NCBI GenBank assembly: GCA_020632335.1
Contig: JACKFV010000001.1
Location: 150,001 to 182,000 of the forward strand
Reading direction: 5' to 3'
From: Candidatus Saccharimonadota bacterium
GTDB lineage: Bacteria > Patescibacteriota > Gracilibacteria > UBA4473
DNA: 32,000 nucleotides
Part shown: positions 9,514-17,726 of the stretch, piece after piece
How positions within the stretch are numbered: the stretch's first letter is position 1
How the letters are laid out: the number at the start of each line of letters is the position of its first letter
The notes under the pieces: model-generated
Told to the model about the DNA's origin: nothing
The model's database searches: none
Seen by the model: the letters and a program-made list of their open reading frames with translations, nothing else
Translations under genes and position numbers: made by a program

Positions 9514-9560
9514 TTCATGAATAAAAGCACACCAACGTATTGCTTCATGAAAGTTTCATG
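9514..9560. promoter_or_regulatory. Two TTCATGAA palindromes 30 bp apart in an AT-rich divergent intergenic region (candidate operator/promoter region)
   Basis: TTCATGAA occurs at 9514-9521 and 9544-9551. The second is part of CATGAAA-G-TTTCATG (9546-9560), a 7-bp perfect inverted repeat. TATTTATATT follows at about 9570, before the ATG at 9584. Confidence 0.35.
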
Positions 9561-9583
9561 TTTTTACACTATTTATATTTACC

Positions 9584-10495
9584 ATGATATCTCTTATGAA
9601 GGAAGTGTTTACAAATTTCTTCATGATCCATAGCTCTGGTACCAGTTTCCTCGCTGATAGGCTGGCCGCACAGGGCATCGCCCCCACAGACTGGAGCCTG
9701 CACTGGCCCGGGGGCAACACCACACTGCTCATCGACAACCGGCACGGAGGCACCCCTGAGCAGCGCTACCCGAGCATTGCCCTGCAGGCCATGGAGATGC
9801 TGCCTGCGATAGAGCAGGTGGAGTATATCGTCCCCGGGGAGCACACCGCACTACGCCTGCATATGATGGGTGGCGACGTGTGCTTTAATGGTCTGCGGAG
9901 TCTGGCACACTGGGCAGCCAGGCGCTATGGGTATACGCAGCTGCCCCTGGAGTGTGCGGGCTCGCCGCATCGGTACTCCGCCACTATAGAGGGCCCAGCG
10001 GAGCAGAGCGTCATCACACTGCAGTGCCCGCAGGGCTTCACACAGCGAGACGACCTGCCCTTCCCCGCAGTGGATATGGGAGGCATCATCCACCTGGTGG
10101 CAGCGCAGAGCCACTGGGACGAGCACGAGGCCCGGCAGCAGCTCCAGAGCGTTCTCCGGCAGTGCCCCTGGCTGGCCAGTACTACCGCGGCGGTGGGGCT
10201 GATCACGGTGGTGGGGCAGCGGCTCTACCCGCTGGTGCATGTCTTTGCCACCAATACCACCGTGCTACAGAGCGCCTGCGGCTCGGGTACGGTGGCAGCG
10301 CATCTCATCACGGGGCAGGAGCACTGGTACCCGCCCAGCGGCGTGCTCTTTAGTACCACTCCCAGAGAGAATCAGATACACCTCAGGGCCATAGTGCGGG
10401 GGTATAGCCCCTCAGCAGCACCGGAACCAAACCACTTTTATTATGATCCAGTACAACATCGTGGAGTCGCTCCAGCAGCTGACTCCGTTCTTTGA
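9584..10495 (+). CDS. DapF-fold (diaminopimelate epimerase-like) cofactor-independent racemase/epimerase family protein
   Basis: WPGGNTTLLI near the N-terminus, MMGGDVCFNGLRS (first Cys motif) and LQSACGSGTVAAH (second Cys motif) resemble the two-cysteine DapF/histidine-racemase-type fold. The substrate is unknown. Confidence 0.5.
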   Translation: MISLMKEVFTNFFMIHSSGTSFLADRLAAQGIAPTDWSLHWPGGNTTLLIDNRHGGTPEQRYPSIALQAMEMLPAIEQVEYIVPGEHTALRLHMMGGDVCFNGLRSLAHWAARRYGYTQLPLECAGSPHRYSATIEGPAEQSVITLQCPQGFTQRDDLPFPAVDMGGIIHLVAAQSHWDEHEARQQLQSVLRQCPWLASTTAAVGLITVVGQRLYPLVHVFATNTTVLQSACGSGTVAAHLITGQEHWYPPSGVLFSTTPRENQIHLRAIVRGYSPSAAPEPNHFYYDPVQHRGVAPAADSVL

Positions 10496-11012
10496 CACGC
10501 TCGTAGAGAGCTACAATGCGGCTTTTGGCGCTCCGCCGTATAGGGAGCCCAAGTCTCGGGAGTACCTCCAGCAGCAGTTTGGCCGGAGCTTCCTCACGGA
10601 GGAAGGGCAGGCCGGGGGCGCGTTCATCGTGGCGTGGAACGCAGACGCGCTCTATGCCGTGGGGGCTGCCCAGGCCTATGACGCGGCCAGCTATGGCATC
10701 TTCGCTCCGGCGGCTACGGAGGCCTTCCCGCAGTATGAGCGGCCCATGGCCTACCTAGCCAACCTCTTCCTCCACCCCGCATGGCGACGCCGTGGCATTG
10801 CCAGCGCGCTGGTGCAGGAGCGAGAGCAGCTTCTCCGGCGGCATGGCTACCAGAGCATCGTAGGGCGGACGCTCGCGGTGGGGCCACAGCGGCGCTTCCA
10901 CCAAGAGATGGGGTACGAGTGGAGCGAGAAGCTCTACTTCTTCCCCGGGTCTGAGCACCCCAAGGTACTCTTTGGCAAGGTACTCTCGCCCCGCAAGAGC
11001 ACGAGCAGCTAA
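10443..11012 (+). CDS. GNAT family N-acetyltransferase (189 aa)
   Basis: Acetyl-CoA binding motif A is present (LFLHPAWRRRGIASALVQEREQLLRRHGY). The ATG at 10443 overlaps the upstream gene by 53 nt. Confidence 0.75.
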   Translation: MIQYNIVESLQQLTPFFDTLVESYNAAFGAPPYREPKSREYLQQQFGRSFLTEEGQAGGAFIVAWNADALYAVGAAQAYDAASYGIFAPAATEAFPQYERPMAYLANLFLHPAWRRRGIASALVQEREQLLRRHGYQSIVGRTLAVGPQRRFHQEMGYEWSEKLYFFPGSEHPKVLFGKVLSPRKSTSS

Positions 11013-11102
11013 GTATTTTCTACTCTTTTTCTCAGCAGTATGCCCATGGTGTACTGCTTTTTTCTGCTGGTATTCTCCAGAAGATCGCTCTATACTGGTG
11101 GT

Positions 11103-12983
11103 ATGCGACGTCTTCTCCTTCTCCTACTCGGCGTGGGGTTCCTGCTACCGCTCCTCCCCAGTACAGCCGGGGCGCAGTACGCCAGCCGCTCCACCCCCTG
11201 GACCTGCTATAAAGACGGCAAACAAGACGAAACTGCCGAGAAAAACCTCCAGAATGCCATAGAGGATTTTGACAAAGTAGAGCAGGAGAGGCAAAACCAG
11301 GACAAAGACTACCAGAAGAAAGACGGCTGGGCCACCGTGCCCTACCAGGCGCCCTATGCCAATAGCTGCTTTCAGGTGGTGTGCTATGACAAGAATGGCA
11401 AAATAGACACCAGTGCGTCACAGGGTATTAAGAACCAGATCATCAGTATCCTCCCCTACGACCCGGTGCATAACCAGTGTATGGCGCTCTATGACCTCAT
11501 GGAGCAGGTCAACCAGTGCGTGAAAAACGGGAGTGACACCGCGCAGAAGCGGATAAACGAGATCGGGAATGAGAAGCGTGAGCTCCAAAAGGAGTACAAC
11601 CAGAACCCCGATATGGAGAACTACCGCCAGCACCAGAAGACCGCAAAGCTCATAAACAGCACCGCCGGGAAGGTCACCCTCGGGCTGGTGTGTGTACCAG
11701 AGTACGCCATGGACATCCAGTTTGATAGTGACTGCGTGTTGAAGGACCCGGTACAAATGAAACGGGTGAAGAACTGGGGCAACTGTAGTCCCACCGTCAA
11801 GAGTGGCCCGCCAAGTGCAGTCCATGCCGGGTGCCCCACGGGGGAGCTCGAAGAAGCGCAGCAAACCGCGCTCAATAACTTCCTCTCTAGCCATGGTCTG
11901 GGAGCGCTTACCTGTGCTAGCAAGACTGATCTAGAGAAGGCCTTTGAGGCCGAACAAGCGTACCAACAGGACATGTGTACCCTCAATAAAGAGATGAACG
12001 ACCAGCAGGACAAGCACGACAATGCCGAGAAGGGCACCGATGTCATTGGGGATCTGGTGTCGATCTGCTACCAGACGAATAGAGAGTTTGCCGAGGGCCA
12101 TGCCGAGAAGTGTAATGAGCTCTTAAAGATCCCTCTCGGGGAGGCGGGGGAGAAGCAGCAGCAGTACGACGCAGTCAAAAAGGAGCGCAACCAGCTTATT
12201 AAAGACATCGACGACTACCTGCGCAAGATACAGGCAGACTTTGGGGATCTGGGCAAGCACAGCATCGGCACCGGTTATGAGCAGAACGGCACCCAGCACT
12301 GCTATGAGATACGCATCCCCGGGCGTAGACCCAACAAGGAAGGCACCCTGACCATACGCTATGACAAGCTCGTCTACTGCGAACCTTTCAATCCGCCAAC
12401 CCCAGACCCCAAAAAAAGCACCTACTGGGATGATAACGGTAACCAACAGCAGGGAACGTATGGGGGCCCACTAGTGGATTTCTGCCGTGGGGTGACATCA
12501 CAGTCGACACCGATATGTAATCGGCAAGAGGTACTCGATGAGATCCGCAAGGCCTATGAAGGAGCCAATGGTATCATCGGGAAGGAGAAGCAGCTGGACG
12601 AGATCGGCAATGAGCTGGAAAAGCTTGACGGGGACTCGCTGCGGATAGCCAACATGTGCCCACTGCCCAGTGTACCGCCATGGGTCAGCCACGCGGATAT
12701 CCTCCCCGGCCCACCCAGAGCCAATAACGACCGCGGCATCCACTATGTGCTACAGCTGCTGTTGCCCTCCATTGCTAATGTCCTCCTGGTCTTCATGTGG
12801 GGAGGGGTGGTGCTGGTTATTATTCTGGCCGGCATTTTGCTGCTCTTCTCTGGTACCCCTGCTAGAGAGGGCCTGGTCCAAACCAGTAAAAATATGATAT
12901 ATTGGGCGATTCTGGGCAGTATCATTGCCACCATGGGCTATACGATCGTGAAATTCGTCATTGGTATTAACTTCCTCCAGTAA
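11103..12983 (+). CDS. Secreted Cys-rich protein (626 aa) ending in a TrbC/VirB2-like two-TM hairpin
   Basis: Signal peptide MRRLLLLLLGVGFLLPLLPSTAGA-Q. The ectodomain is about 540 aa with about 20 Cys and coiled-coil-like charged stretches. The C-terminus has TM1 (VLLVFMWGGVVLVIILAGILLLF), a short loop and TM2 (IYWAILGSIIATMGYTIVKFVIG). Confidence 0.6.
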   Translation: MRRLLLLLLGVGFLLPLLPSTAGAQYASRSTPWTCYKDGKQDETAEKNLQNAIEDFDKVEQERQNQDKDYQKKDGWATVPYQAPYANSCFQVVCYDKNGKIDTSASQGIKNQIISILPYDPVHNQCMALYDLMEQVNQCVKNGSDTAQKRINEIGNEKRELQKEYNQNPDMENYRQHQKTAKLINSTAGKVTLGLVCVPEYAMDIQFDSDCVLKDPVQMKRVKNWGNCSPTVKSGPPSAVHAGCPTGELEEAQQTALNNFLSSHGLGALTCASKTDLEKAFEAEQAYQQDMCTLNKEMNDQQDKHDNAEKGTDVIGDLVSICYQTNREFAEGHAEKCNELLKIPLGEAGEKQQQYDAVKKERNQLIKDIDDYLRKIQADFGDLGKHSIGTGYEQNGTQHCYEIRIPGRRPNKEGTLTIRYDKLVYCEPFNPPTPDPKKSTYWDDNGNQQQGTYGGPLVDFCRGVTSQSTPICNRQEVLDEIRKAYEGANGIIGKEKQLDEIGNELEKLDGDSLRIANMCPLPSVPPWVSHADILPGPPRANNDRGIHYVLQLLLPSIANVLLVFMWGGVVLVIILAGILLLFSGTPAREGLVQTSKNMIYWAILGSIIATMGYTIVKFVIGINFLQ

Positions 12984-13537
12984 TGCGCGCTCTTGGTCTG
13001 CTTGGTCTCTCGCTCCTTGTGCTGTGGCTCCCCACGCACCATGCTGGAGCGCAAAATGAGATCTACAACGAAACCTCACTCACCCGGCAGCTGGACCGTG
13101 ATGGCGATGGTACCCTCGACGAAAACCGAGGCCTGGACCCCCGCACGCTCGACGAGATATGGTTTCCCTCATGGCAGTCGGACATCCCGCGGAGCACCGT
13201 GGGCACTGGCGATGCTGTGGTGATAGACCCCTGTAATAATATGACGGGGAGCGGCCTCTCTGGGGGGAATCAATTTGTCTGTGGGGTCATAGGCAAGAAC
13301 TTTGACGGCATGCTGGTGATGAATTTTTTCAACCGATTCGCCGACCTCCTCCTTATGTTTCTGGTGCCTCTGTTACTCTTTTTTGTCATCCAGTCTGGGG
13401 TGCGGCTTATCACCGTAGAGGAACCCACAGAAAGGGCTCGTACCCGCAAAGCACTCATACGAGGCATCATAGGCCTGCTGATAACCGTCGTTGCCTACTC
13501 TGTAGTGAAGACTCTCTACTTCTTCCTGACACAATAA
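12983..13537 (+). CDS. TrbC/VirB2-like pilin-topology protein (184 aa)
   Basis: The ATG overlaps the previous stop (TAATG). Signal peptide ends ...PTHHAGA-Q. A DRDGDGTLDE loop is present. The C-terminal hairpin is LLLMFLVPLLLFFVI - basic loop (ERARTRKALIR) - GIIGLLITVVAYSVV. Confidence 0.6.
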   Translation: MRALGLLGLSLLVLWLPTHHAGAQNEIYNETSLTRQLDRDGDGTLDENRGLDPRTLDEIWFPSWQSDIPRSTVGTGDAVVIDPCNNMTGSGLSGGNQFVCGVIGKNFDGMLVMNFFNRFADLLLMFLVPLLLFFVIQSGVRLITVEEPTERARTRKALIRGIIGLLITVVAYSVVKTLYFFLTQ

Positions 13538-13543
13538 GTACTC

Positions 13544-14083
13544 ATGAATACTTTTATTACTCGTACATATAGACTCGGTTTACTCTCGCTCTGCCTGCTG
13601 AGTGGGAGCGTACTGGCGCAGGTATCTCCAGAGAATTCCTTTCCCGGGGAGGATAAGGGCACCCCCGGCTATAGCCTGGACGAGGGCTTGAGCCGCATCC
13701 TGCCCGAGGGGGCTAGTAACATCCGCCCGGCCTACCTGGTGGGCGCGGGTAAAGTAGCCCGGCCCATGCGCGCAGACGTCGCGGAGATCACTAACCAGAT
13801 ACAAAAGCTCACCAATGGTCTCACGCTGGGGGCTGCCACCATCGCGGTGGTGTTCATTGTCTTCTATGGGGTGCAGATAGCGCTGGGCAGTGGGGGTAAT
13901 GACACCGAAGCACAGAAGCACCTGCAGAAGCTCCTCCTGGCGGTGGCGGGGCTCGTGCTCATCATCTTCGCGTATATCATCGTGCGGACCATTGTGGCCA
14001 TCACCTACAGCGGCGAGGGCCTGCAGGGCGAGATAAACCAGGGGAACTTCAACGCGCCGCTACAAGACGCGGAGCTCCAGTAG
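13544..14083 (+). CDS. TrbC/VirB2-like pilin-topology protein (179 aa)
   Basis: Lies 6 nt after the previous stop. Signal peptide ends ...LLSGSVLA-Q. The hairpin is LGAATIAVVFIVFYGVQIAL - loop (GSGGNDTEAQKHLQK) - LLLAVAGLVLIIFAYIIV. Confidence 0.6.
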   Translation: MNTFITRTYRLGLLSLCLLSGSVLAQVSPENSFPGEDKGTPGYSLDEGLSRILPEGASNIRPAYLVGAGKVARPMRADVAEITNQIQKLTNGLTLGAATIAVVFIVFYGVQIALGSGGNDTEAQKHLQKLLLAVAGLVLIIFAYIIVRTIVAITYSGEGLQGEINQGNFNAPLQDAELQ

Positions 14084-14162
14084 TAGTACTTTTCACTAAG
14101 TAGCACGCCGCAGCAAGCCACTCTGGCAGACAATAGCGGGCAAGTATTGGTATGATGAGCGT

Positions 14163-16496
14163 ATGTATCGCCTCCTGCTCATCACGCTTCTGTTTCCCTC
14201 TCTGGCCGCGGCGCAGTCGGTGCTGGTGGAGTCCCCTGGGGTGGTGATTGCCCCACTGGAGATGCTCTGGGATGCGCCCCCCAGCAGTACAGCACTCCCC
14301 GTACGGCTGCAGTTCTCTACGCCTCTCAGCCTGGGGAGTAGTGTGCACTTCACGCTATCAGACAGCCACGGCGCCAGCATATTGGAGGAAACAACGCCCG
14401 TGCAAGACAGCGGCAATAACACCCTGGGGAGTGACGGCCGCCTGCCCAAGCAGTACGCGCTGCTCATCCCAGCGCCGGCCCTGAGTGGCGACACCTACAC
14501 CCTGCAGGCCACGCTGGAGGACCAAAATGGCCAGCCCCTGGCGCGAGGATCACGTCGCTTCACCATAGACGCGCCCGTACAGCTGCGCTATACCGAGAAC
14601 TTCACCCTGGTGGCCGCGGAGGCCAGCCCCACCGCACAGGTACAGTTCAGCTATCAGAATGACAGCGCTCCGCGCACCATCACACCCGTCATCAGCTGGT
14701 ATCCACGGGAGGGCGGACAGGCCGTGCTCAGCACTCCCCTGCCGGAAAAATCTGTAGCTGCTGATGGCGCTGTGGCTTATCAGGAGGCTATACCCACCCC
14801 CACGGTACCGGGGCACTACTACGCCACTCTGCGGGTAGAGGGCAGCGCTGGCAGTGCCATCACGGGGCAGATACGCGTACCGGTGACCATCCAGGGTGAA
14901 TTTGCGAGCATAGAGAACGTCGCTCACTCCCCCGAGCGCGCCTGGCAGCAGGGTGAGGAAGTGACGCTCACAGCGGATATATACACGCGAGATACCGGGC
15001 TGCCGGTCTTCCTCCGCACCAGCGTAGCCGAGTCCAGCGCCGGTCAGCAGACTCACACCGGGCAGATAGAGGACCGCGTGAGTAGAGGATTTGGCGTACG
15101 AATACCCCTGCAGCAGCGCTACACCGTGCAGGGCCAGCGTACCGAGCAGCTCCAGATGGAGACAGAGGTCATCCGTGACGGGGTGGTTATCGGCAGCCGC
15201 AGCTGGCGAACCCCCGTCTACCCCCAGCCAGAGAGCGCTGTGAACCCCACAGACCCCAGTACTCCAACGCCAGCAACCACCGCCTCCCCCGATAATACCC
15301 CCACGGAGGCCACGCCAGACACCCCAGAAGCCCCCAGTCTGCTCACCCAGCCGGGCTACTGGGCGATGGTGGGGTTGCTGCTGGTGGCTATAGGGCTTGG
15401 CATCTGGTACGCGCTGCGTAAAAAAAAAGTCCTGTCGCTCCTCATAACGATCCTCAGCGCTAGCCTCCTGGGGCAGAGCGCCCACGCGCAAATACCCGAC
15501 ATGACCCCCTACGCGTGGACATTTGAGACGCAGGTGAGCGAGACCTACCTCAACCCCAGCGATCCCTTTTTCGCGGAGGCGAGGCTGCAGGTGACTGCCC
15601 TCAATATGATGAACACCAGTCTGGAGTTCTTTGCTGACTATACCCTCATCGGTACGGTGGTGTACTTCACGGCGGCGCCGGGGGCTCCCCTCGTGCAGGA
15701 GTCCCTCCTCATAGACCCGATGGACGAGAACCGCTTTGCCATGAGCTTTAGCATCCCTCCCAGTACGGCCGGCATGCTGAGCGACGGCAGCTATACGCTC
15801 TATCTGCAGCTGGATATGGACGTACCCGGCACGGGCCTGCGGAGCTACGGGCTGACCATCAGCCCCTACCACCTGGATACCACCCCCCCCACGGTGCAGT
15901 ACCAGTACACCGACCAGGCTATGAAAGATGCCTATGGCCCCAGCGCCAGCACCCCCCAGGCCCCTCCGCTGCCATACACCACCGCCAACCCCATTGGCAT
16001 AGAGCGGCTCTGCACTGACCCCGACAGCAGTGGCGTGATAGGAAGCGGCTGCAGTAGCGTGGGAGGCGAGGAGACCTTCAGCCTGGAGACCGCCTATGCG
16101 CCGATCACCCTGAATGCCTGTGATAGGGTCAATAACTGCCTGTGTAGTGGGAGTGCCTGCTCCCCGAGTGCCGCGGTGTATACGCAGATGTACAGCACCG
16201 GTGGCGAGACGTTGGGGGATTTTAGCCTCTCTACCGAGGGGTATAGCGTGCAGGGCACTCCGGGAGAGACCATCCGCGCGAGTGAGAATATGCCCGTCTC
16301 TATCACTACGGTAGTGAGTGGCGCTGCTCCTGTTCTCCCCGCTGAGCCCTGCGCCCCTGCCGGCATGGTGGAGAACGGTGGCGGTTGCCAGCCGGCGCGT
16401 CTGCACTGCCTGGTGATAGACGAGTCTGGGCCGCTGCCCCTCATCACCCGGGGGACCTATGACCCGTATGACTACCAGGGGTGCACGGGGCTCTAG
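14163..16496 (+). CDS. Large surface protein (777 aa): signal peptide, ectodomain 1, Pro/Thr linker, central TM-RKKK-TM hairpin, Cys-rich ectodomain 2
   Basis: Signal peptide MYRLLLITLLFPSLAAA-Q. A P/T-rich linker (PTDPSTPTPATTASPDNTPTEATPDTPEAP) precedes WAMVGLLLVAIGLGIWYAL-RKKK-VLSLLITILSASLL. The C-terminal region is Cys-rich. The coding strand was chosen over the 618-aa antisense ORF. Confidence 0.7.
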   Translation: MYRLLLITLLFPSLAAAQSVLVESPGVVIAPLEMLWDAPPSSTALPVRLQFSTPLSLGSSVHFTLSDSHGASILEETTPVQDSGNNTLGSDGRLPKQYALLIPAPALSGDTYTLQATLEDQNGQPLARGSRRFTIDAPVQLRYTENFTLVAAEASPTAQVQFSYQNDSAPRTITPVISWYPREGGQAVLSTPLPEKSVAADGAVAYQEAIPTPTVPGHYYATLRVEGSAGSAITGQIRVPVTIQGEFASIENVAHSPERAWQQGEEVTLTADIYTRDTGLPVFLRTSVAESSAGQQTHTGQIEDRVSRGFGVRIPLQQRYTVQGQRTEQLQMETEVIRDGVVIGSRSWRTPVYPQPESAVNPTDPSTPTPATTASPDNTPTEATPDTPEAPSLLTQPGYWAMVGLLLVAIGLGIWYALRKKKVLSLLITILSASLLGQSAHAQIPDMTPYAWTFETQVSETYLNPSDPFFAEARLQVTALNMMNTSLEFFADYTLIGTVVYFTAAPGAPLVQESLLIDPMDENRFAMSFSIPPSTAGMLSDGSYTLYLQLDMDVPGTGLRSYGLTISPYHLDTTPPTVQYQYTDQAMKDAYGPSASTPQAPPLPYTTANPIGIERLCTDPDSSGVIGSGCSSVGGEETFSLETAYAPITLNACDRVNNCLCSGSACSPSAAVYTQMYSTGGETLGDFSLSTEGYSVQGTPGETIRASENMPVSITTVVSGAAPVLPAEPCAPAGMVENGGGCQPARLHCLVIDESGPLPLITRGTYDPYDYQGCTGL
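15420..15428. repeat. A9 homopolymer encoding the KKK of the central hairpin loop
   Basis: Read directly: cgt aaa aaa aaa gtc. Either +1 or -1 slippage reaches a stop within 6-12 codons after the tract. Confidence 0.95.
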
Positions 16497-17725
16497 GACG
16501 CCGGAGAATGCCCCAAATGGAGCATCTTCCGCCCCAGAAGCGCATTCACCACCAGGAGTACCCCTCCAATACTCAGCAGAGCAACGCCTACCGGGAGAAG
16601 CCCTAGGAGCTGCTTGCCGAGTGTGGTGTATAGCGCAAAGACACTGAAGATAATCGAGCGTGTCGTTGCTATGGAGGCCCCTTGTGTGTGCTCTACGAGG
16701 GTGTGGTTCCAGGCCGGCTGCCAGACTCCATCACACCCGCTAAAGAGAAGGAAGAGCCCTGCCACTACCCACCAATGCCCAAGCCAACACCCCGCTAGCA
16801 CGCACAATAGCCCCTGGAGGGTCGTCGCATACACCCATGCACGACTATACCCATAGCGTTCTCCGAAGCGGTAGACGTACTTATTAGCCAGCATGGTAGC
16901 TATGCTCGCCCCTGCCATGAGGACCCCCGCGTACCACACGGGCATACCCTGCGCCTCTAGCGTGGGGAGGAGAATAATGGGGAAATACGCTACATGGTTC
17001 CCCAGACTCCGGTAGAAGAGGAGCAAGCGGAGCTTGGCGTCACGCCCTATATGCCGGAGGGCAGTGCGGGCAGTCTGTACGTTGGCCTGCCACGCGGAGC
17101 GCAGCGTCGTGAAGTGCTGGCGCCCGGGGAGTTCCCGGAGCTGCAGCGTGAGCACCACCAACGCCAGCCCCACCACAGCATCGAACCACAGCAGTACCTG
17201 GTACCCTGTGTCGGGGAAGTTCTTTAAGAGCCATGATGCCAGAAGTGGTGTCAAGAAAGATGCCAGATTCTCGAGGAACATGAGATGTCCTATCGCCCGG
17301 CCAAAGGTCTGCTCTTCTCCCAGGACTCGGAGGTTTTCTTCGAGGAAAGCCTGCCCCGTGCCACTCCAGAAGCTATAGTACAGTGCCCCCAGCACCGCCG
17401 ACGCCACAAACCCCCACCACTGTGGAGAGAGAAGCAGCACCAACACGGCCATAAAATGCGCACTGACCGAAAACACCAGCGACCGCTTACGGCCAGTAGT
17501 GTCTGCGAGAACGGAGGTTGGTAGCTCGAGCAGCCACACACAGAGTGTCCCGATATTAGACAGGAGAATAATCTGGTAAAGGCTGAGCCCCATGTGAGTA
17601 TAGAACAGCTGCACCACCGGAGATAAAAACGCCAGCCCCGCTAAGAAATTTATCCACCGGTAGCGACGGAGGTTCCGTCTGGCCTGTAGAGGAGTGACTG
17701 GCAGCATGGGAGTGCAAGAGAGCAT
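16493..17725 (-). CDS. MFS transporter (about 410 aa)
   Basis: About 12 hydrophobic helices with MFS-like loop motifs (LADTTGRKRSL after TM2). ATG 17725 lies 1 nt after the upstream PBP stop. The stop overlaps the convergent gene's stop (CTAG at 16493-16496). Confidence 0.75.
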   Translation of the reverse strand: MLSCTPMLPVTPLQARRNLRRYRWINFLAGLAFLSPVVQLFYTHMGLSLYQIILLSNIGTLCVWLLELPTSVLADTTGRKRSLVFSVSAHFMAVLVLLLSPQWWGFVASAVLGALYYSFWSGTGQAFLEENLRVLGEEQTFGRAIGHLMFLENLASFLTPLLASWLLKNFPDTGYQVLLWFDAVVGLALVVLTLQLRELPGRQHFTTLRSAWQANVQTARTALRHIGRDAKLRLLLFYRSLGNHVAYFPIILLPTLEAQGMPVWYAGVLMAGASIATMLANKYVYRFGERYGYSRAWVYATTLQGLLCVLAGCWLGHWWVVAGLFLLFSGCDGVWQPAWNHTLVEHTQGASIATTRSIIFSVFALYTTLGKQLLGLLPVGVALLSIGGVLLVVNALLGRKMLHLGHSPAS

Positions 17726-17726
17726 A

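Noticed and set aside
15330-15430. Sortase-type sorting signal (motif, hydrophobic helix, RKKK tail) in the middle of the 777-aa protein, which would imply two fused genes
   Set aside because: The candidate motif (LLTQPG) does not match LPxTG-type signals. The ORF continues in frame with no start codon for a second gene. A TM-basic loop-TM hairpin explains the pattern and matches the neighbouring pilin-like proteins. It remains possible only via the A9 slippage noted above.
14550-16406. 618-aa ORF on the minus strand, opposite the 777-aa surface protein gene
   Set aside because: Its Arg/Gly/Ala-rich, low-complexity translation is typical of antisense frames in GC-rich DNA. The plus-strand ORF has a signal peptide, a P/T linker, TM helices and operon context.
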